This document shows positions 24,633 through 29,076 of a stretch of DNA of 29,076 bases, one piece after another (the first letter of the stretch is position 1; every line of letters starts with the position of its first letter). This DNA comes from a bacterium (GTDB lineage: Bacteria > Hinthialibacterota > Hinthialibacteria > Hinthialibacterales > Hinthialibacteraceae). Below the pieces are notes generated by a model. It worked only from the letters and a program-made list of their open reading frames with translations. It searched no databases and was not told the DNA's origin. Location of the stretch: NCBI GenBank assembly GCA_041946805.1, contig JBHGBC010000067.1:1-29076 (forward strand). The letters are read 5' to 3'. The translations under genes were made by a program, and so were the position numbers.

Positions 24633-27620
24633 TCAGTACAGCCTGAAATCCTCGATGCCGGTGGGTCGTGATGAGCCTGTGAGACGGATGTCATCGATCA
24701 CGAATGTCCCGCCGCCGGCCGGCGATTGCTGCAACGCCGCGCCGTCACCGGTGTTGATCAGTGTGGAGAACCATCCGAAGCGGCGTTCCGGCATCAGCGG
24801 TTGGCTTCCTGAATTCAAGGGAACCGGGCCCGCGGTCCGTTCCTGATCGATCCACACATTATACGTTCCGCGCGTCTGGTCGATATCCACTTGAAAATGG
24901 AAGGTCTGCCCGGCCTGATAGGAGATGCCGGTGGCTTCCAGCACTCCGTCTCCATCCCGGTCCGCCAGCAGCGCACCCTGGCTGCCAAAAGCCATGACCG
25001 GAGGGCCGGCCGGGGCGGGCAGGCGGAGGCTGCCACTCGGCAGGGGCACATCCGATTCACGGGTGCTCAAGAACAACGCCAGGCCGGTTTGGTCCGTCTG
25101 CAGGGCGGCCGCCGACCAACGCAAGGTCAGATACGGGGAGTCCACCGGCGCGGCCAATTCGGGAATCACGAAACTGTAAGGCGTGGTGCGCAGGGTGGAG
25201 AGGGGATTCAGTGTCCTCGCCGGGTAGAAACGGGAGAAATCCACGGGGGCATGGCGGTCGGCGATGAGCAGCGCGTACAGGCTGTGGCCATCCGGAGCTT
25301 CCACGTAGGCCGCCTCGGACGAGGGCGCGCCGATCCACAAATCAGTCCCCGCCAGATAGGTCTCGGATTTGTTGGAGAACCCAGTGGTGCGGGTTTCGAT
25401 GGGCAGGCCGGAAGAGCGCGGTTCCAAGTCGTCGATCCGCCTTTCCGAGCGTGCGGGGTGGTTTTCGAAATCCTCCAGGAAGAGCAGCCGGCTGCCGGCG
25501 GGTTCCACCGGAGGTGCAAAGGGATGCGGCTCGAACGATCCACCCTGGATATCGCTCACCAGGAGAAGATCGTCATAGATGATTTCACCTCCCGCCTTGC
25601 CGCCCATCCGCCCGCCACGCATATCTGTTCCCCGCAGGCTGCCATCCGCGCCGGGAAGGAGTGTGCCGCGCGCGAGAGCTTCGGCTCCGCCGTCCAGGTA
25701 CAGATTCCATTCCGCCGATTCCAGATCCAGATCCAGCCGGAATCCAAACCGGCGTCCCGCCTCATAGGGCTGTCCAGTGGCCTCCAGAAGTCCGTCTCCG
25801 TCAGGATCCACGCCAATCATACCATTATCCATGAATCCAACGATGAGCCGCTGCCAGGCCTCCCCGCCCCCGCCCCCCGAGAGCATCAGGCGGCCGCACT
25901 CCACGTCACGTTGTTGGGGACTGGCGGACCAGGCGATCCGCGCCGTGCGGGTCAATTCATGATTTGGAGCGGTATTGTCGAGGAGTACGATTTCCGCGAC
26001 GGTGGTGGTTCGCAACGCTTTCCAACTCCAGCCGCTGGGATCGGACGCGATGACGCCAGGGAAATTCGGTGCGGGATTCACGGTTCCATCCGCGAAGGAT
26101 TCAAACGACTCATGAACGTGCGCCCGGTAGCGGTTTTCGCCGGAACCGTGGGGAATGGGATTGACCGAAACCAGCAGCAGGTTGTCGATATCGGCTTCGC
26201 CTCCCGTGGCTTGAAAGGTAAAGCCCGTTAGGTCCAGATCGCCGTTCCAACGGCCTTCCGCCGTTAACAACGCCGTATCGGCCACGGTGGGTGATGTGGC
26301 GCGGTACATCGTGACCTTGATTATTTTTTTATCCGGTTGGAACGTCACCACGAACCAGTGGGGCAAATCCGGGAGAATGGCGATGGATGTTTCGTCCAGC
26401 GCGCCGTCGCCGTTTGTATCCAAGGAAAGAAGGCCGTCCGCAGGGAGATTCATGAGGACTTCACCGCCGGCGGCGCGCAATTGCACCTGACTCCCGGACC
26501 GGGGGGTGAGGGCGAAGGAGAGGCGGATTTCGCCGGTCAGCGGTTTTTGTTTCGATACGAGGAATCCCAACGCACTATCCGCCATGAGATGTCCCCGGGC
26601 CAGGGATTGATAGGAGGCGTCCTCCACGACTTGCACCGAGCCCAGGGTGATGATCCGCGTGCCGAAGAGATCACCCCCGCGCGCGGACGGAAGCATGCCC
26701 GGCCATTCGTCGTCGAAATCCTCCAGGAACAGGGGAATCACGGCCGCGTCCTGGGCCACCACCGGCGGACGGAAAGCGAGGGGGCGGTAAGGCGCGTCGG
26801 GATCGATCTGGAAGACATTGTCATAGGCGAAGGTTCCCAGGCCCCGAGCCGAGGAGATCAATTCCAACTCGCGCAGGGTGCGTCCCGCCGCGCCGCCGAT
26901 CTCGAAGAAGGGGAGGTCCTCACGCGCCAGGACTCCGTTGATATACACGTCGTAGACCGACTGCTCCAGATCGAAAATGAGCACGAAAAAGGCAGGCCGG
27001 TTCGCGCGGTAGCCCGCCCCGAGATCGTCGATCGTGGCGCCCCCTTCTTGGTTGATGGTAATCCGGCCGGAAAAGTCCATGCCGGGAATCGGATTGCCTG
27101 TGTCGAACTCGCGGTACACGCCGCCGAAGCTGAGCAGGTTCAAACCTTCCGGTCCGGCGTCGACCACCGTGTCGGTTTCGGGAAACATCGCGCCGCCCGG
27201 CTCGTTTTCCTGGTAAGGGACCGCCATCCACGATACCACGGCCTTGCCCGCGAGATCGCCCTGGTCGAGGAGGATCGACTCCAGCAGCGAGACGCCGCCG
27301 TCCGCGCCGAAGGACCCGTCCCCCGGATCGGCGCCGCGGTCCTCGAGGCGCAGGACCGCGAGGCTCAGCCCGGTGGGATCGGGGACATAACGCGCCAGCG
27401 GCCGGGTCTTCCCGTTACCCGCGGGGGCTTCGATTTCGATCTCGCTGCCCCAGAGCCGGCCCCGGAAGCGGACGCGCTCGACGCCCTCGGGCAGGATGCC
27501 GGCCGCGCGGGTATCCGCGTCTTCGAACGACTCGTAGAACAAAGCCCGGTCCGCCCAACCTGGAGCCGCAAGCCCCGCCATACTGATAAAAGCGAACATC
27601 ACGGGTAAAACTGATTTCAT
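24633..27620 (-). CDS. Large secreted protein with four tandem beta-sandwich-like repeats
   Basis: Signal peptide (…PGWA); RBS AAGGA; four repeats each starting F/H-x-E-S/D-F and ending Y/I-D-N/D; ends PTGIEDFRLY. Confidence 0.8.
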   Translation of the reverse strand: MKSVLPVMFAFISMAGLAAPGWADRALFYESFEDADTRAAGILPEGVERVRFRGRLWGSEIEIEAPAGNGKTRPLARYVPDPTGLSLAVLRLEDRGADPGDGSFGADGGVSLLESILLDQGDLAGKAVVSWMAVPYQENEPGGAMFPETDTVVDAGPEGLNLLSFGGVYREFDTGNPIPGMDFSGRITINQEGGATIDDLGAGYRANRPAFFVLIFDLEQSVYDVYINGVLAREDLPFFEIGGAAGRTLRELELISSARGLGTFAYDNVFQIDPDAPYRPLAFRPPVVAQDAAVIPLFLEDFDDEWPGMLPSARGGDLFGTRIITLGSVQVVEDASYQSLARGHLMADSALGFLVSKQKPLTGEIRLSFALTPRSGSQVQLRAAGGEVLMNLPADGLLSLDTNGDGALDETSIAILPDLPHWFVVTFQPDKKIIKVTMYRATSPTVADTALLTAEGRWNGDLDLTGFTFQATGGEADIDNLLLVSVNPIPHGSGENRYRAHVHESFESFADGTVNPAPNFPGVIASDPSGWSWKALRTTTVAEIVLLDNTAPNHELTRTARIAWSASPQQRDVECGRLMLSGGGGGEAWQRLIVGFMDNGMIGVDPDGDGLLEATGQPYEAGRRFGFRLDLDLESAEWNLYLDGGAEALARGTLLPGADGSLRGTDMRGGRMGGKAGGEIIYDDLLLVSDIQGGSFEPHPFAPPVEPAGSRLLFLEDFENHPARSERRIDDLEPRSSGLPIETRTTGFSNKSETYLAGTDLWIGAPSSEAAYVEAPDGHSLYALLIADRHAPVDFSRFYPARTLNPLSTLRTTPYSFVIPELAAPVDSPYLTLRWSAAALQTDQTGLALFLSTRESDVPLPSGSLRLPAPAGPPVMAFGSQGALLADRDGDGVLEATGISYQAGQTFHFQVDIDQTRGTYNVWIDQERTAGPVPLNSGSQPLMPERRFGWFSTLINTGDGAALQQSPAGGGTFVIDDIRLTGSSRPTGIEDFRLY

Positions 27621-27672
27621 CGTACATCCTTTCTTCTTTGTGATGATGATTGGTTACACGCCTTGTGCTTTG

Positions 27673-27719
27673 CCGTAGGTTGAAACCAACGGCTATCCCA
27701 ATGAATCCCCTTCGGGGAT
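27673..27719. repeat. Two-hairpin REP-like element
   Basis: CCGTAGGTTGAAACCAACGG hairpin followed by ATCCCC-TTC-GGGGAT hairpin, intergenic. Confidence 0.55.
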
Positions 27720-27836
27720 GAAACAGGTGGTGAACCGATCATCTTCCAGCTGATCAATGGTTTTTAAATTTTCGAGTCGTATTTCCGTTTGCATCCCCCT
27801 CCTGACCACTCCCAAAATATGGGGGGAAAAAAAGAT

Positions 27837-28553
27837 TCAATGGCTGCCACGCCACAGGTCGCCGTTGGAAACCAGGCCGTTGGATGGATCGTATGTCCGG
27901 GCGTGGAGATAGTTCCGCAGCAGGGCGGGGGACCGCTGGCGCGTGGAAGTCCCCATGAACGAAGCCATGAGGCTGTATTCCGTCTCTTCGCCGTCGGCCA
28001 GGATGAAGGCGGTGGGCTCGTCGATGTCGCCCCGGTGGTTCAGGTCGTTGATCCCTTCGTTCTGATCGCGATCGGGGCCGAAACTGGTGATGATGTAACC
28101 CATGCGCCCGCCCGCGTAGCCGTAAGGCAACACCGGATTGCCCGAGAAAGGATCCAGGGGCGCTTGGGCGATATAGGAAATGGGCGAGGTCAGGCAGGGC
28201 ACTGGTGTTCCGGCTTTTGACGTCTGGAAGGTCACGAATTCCTCGATCAACGCAAAATCCATCCTCCCCGAGAGGAAACTTTCGCCGAGATTGTCCGTCG
28301 CGGGAGGAAACTGGTTGCGGTCCAGGCGGAACATCATCACCGCCTTGGCCACGGCGTCCAGGTCACCGTTGGTTTTGGCGGTCTGGGCGCGGAGGCGGGC
28401 CTGGAGGAAATTGGGCACGGCGATGGCGCTGAGAACGCCGAGAATGGCGGTCACAATCAATAACTCGATAAGGGTAAAGGCGCGCTGTGGGGCGGAAACC
28501 CTACCCGGGGCAATGCCATTCATAAAGCGGTTTCGAATGATTGAGTTTGGCAT
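27837..28553 (-). CDS. Prepilin-type N-terminal cleavage/methylation domain protein (GspG/pilin-like)
   Basis: RA|FTLIELLIVTAILGVLSAIAVPNF class III signal with Glu5; LTSPISYI…DPF, SFGPD, YDPSNGLVSNGDL. Start 28553 or 28523. Confidence 0.9.
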   Translation of the reverse strand: MPNSIIRNRFMNGIAPGRVSAPQRAFTLIELLIVTAILGVLSAIAVPNFLQARLRAQTAKTNGDLDAVAKAVMMFRLDRNQFPPATDNLGESFLSGRMDFALIEEFVTFQTSKAGTPVPCLTSPISYIAQAPLDPFSGNPVLPYGYAGGRMGYIITSFGPDRDQNEGINDLNHRGDIDEPTAFILADGEETEYSLMASFMGTSTRQRSPALLRNYLHARTYDPSNGLVSNGDLWRGSH

Positions 28554-28603
28554 GGATGAATCGATTTAATAAATCCTATCTGTTGTAATGGTAATAATAT
28601 TTT

Positions 28604-28635
28604 TGTTATGGTATCATAACATATGTTGGAGTCAA
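28604..28635 (-). promoter_or_regulatory. Pilin-gene promoter overlapped by an 18-bp palindromic operator
   Basis: Minus strand TTGACT-16 bp-TACCAT with TG extended -10; TGTTATG-GTAT-CATAACA inverted repeat at 28604-28621; AT-rich context. Confidence 0.6.
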
Positions 28636-28712
28636 GATAACCCGGTCGATTTTTTCCCCCTGGCGCGCGCGGCGGGAAAAACACTTCGATTGCGAAAGGC
28701 GTCGAACAAATG

Positions 28713-28736
28713 AAAAAGGCCCGAAATTTCCGGGCC
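28713..28736 (-). terminator. Probable intrinsic terminator
   Basis: Minus strand GGCCCG-GAAATTT-CGGGCC followed by TTTTT, about 55 nt after the stop at 28792. Confidence 0.7.
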
Positions 28737-28791
28737 GATTACTCAAGAGAATGACTCTGATTTACCCTTATTTACCGGGGAGGTAAAAGGT

Positions 28792-29076
28792 TCAGTACAA
28801 TTCCCACCTCTCGGGAACCAGACCCGAGGCTACCGGCGCCAAGGTCAGAATCCCCCACTGGGTTTCGTTATCCCATCCGCCATCGACATCTCCGTTCCAC
28901 CGGTATTGAGCGTCCCGGTTGTCCTGATTCGGAGTGTCACGGTCATCGATGGCGATGTCAAAGCCGATTTTGGACACGAATCCGGCCGTGGATTGACGGA
29001 ATTCGATGATCCAGCCGGTGCCATCCGCTTTCACCGCGCCCTTGCTTTCAATATCACCCGCGGGAGCACTGGCCAC
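28792..29076 (-). CDS. C-terminal fragment of a CBM9-like (sugar-binding) domain protein (partial)
   Basis: GWIIEF…IGFDIAIDDRD…W…WGILTL pattern typical of CBM9/DOMON-like domain ends; terminates VPERWELY; runs off window end. Confidence 0.65.
   Translation of the reverse strand: MASAPAGDIESKGAVKADGTGWIIEFRQSTAGFVSKIGFDIAIDDRDTPNQDNRDAQYRWNGDVDGGWDNETQWGILTLAPVASGLVPERWELY

Overview
GC-rich genomic window from a diderm bacterium (it carries lpxK and waaA). The prepilin tail (YDPSNGLVSNGDL) and the C-terminal W/F-x-L/R-Y endings recall uncultured Sumerlaeota/Hinthialibacterota(OLB16)-like lineages; this is inference from memory, not a search. Left part: FabL-like enoyl-ACP reductase, HI0933/YhiN flavoprotein, transglutaminase-like protein, sulfatase-like/TPR lipoprotein, an archaeal-type ADP-dependent sugar kinase, a secreted polysaccharide deacetylase and a divergent RcnR/DmeR + DmeF Co/Ni efflux pair. 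Centre: an apparent synthase-dependent exopolysaccharide locus made of a Zn-ribbon/degenerate-GGDEF c-di-GMP receptor, a GT2 synthase, a TolC-like protein fused to a GH18-like barrel and an HlyD-like adaptor, plus a divergent secreted paralogue of the same barrel across a 1.35 kb regulatory region. Right part: GT4-waaA-lpxK operon, a 995-aa four-repeat secreted protein, a prepilin with an operator-overlapped promoter and the 3' end of a CBM9-like protein. The two most interesting signals are (1) the GT2/HlyD/TolC-hydrolase polysaccharide system and (2) a short C-terminal motif shared by three unrelated proteins (two with visible signal peptides, one truncated), a candidate sorting signal that may be linked to the pilin. 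Several families of short palindromic REP-like repeats sit in intergenic spaces. No rRNA, tRNA, CRISPR array or transposase was seen. All calls come from reading motifs by eye.
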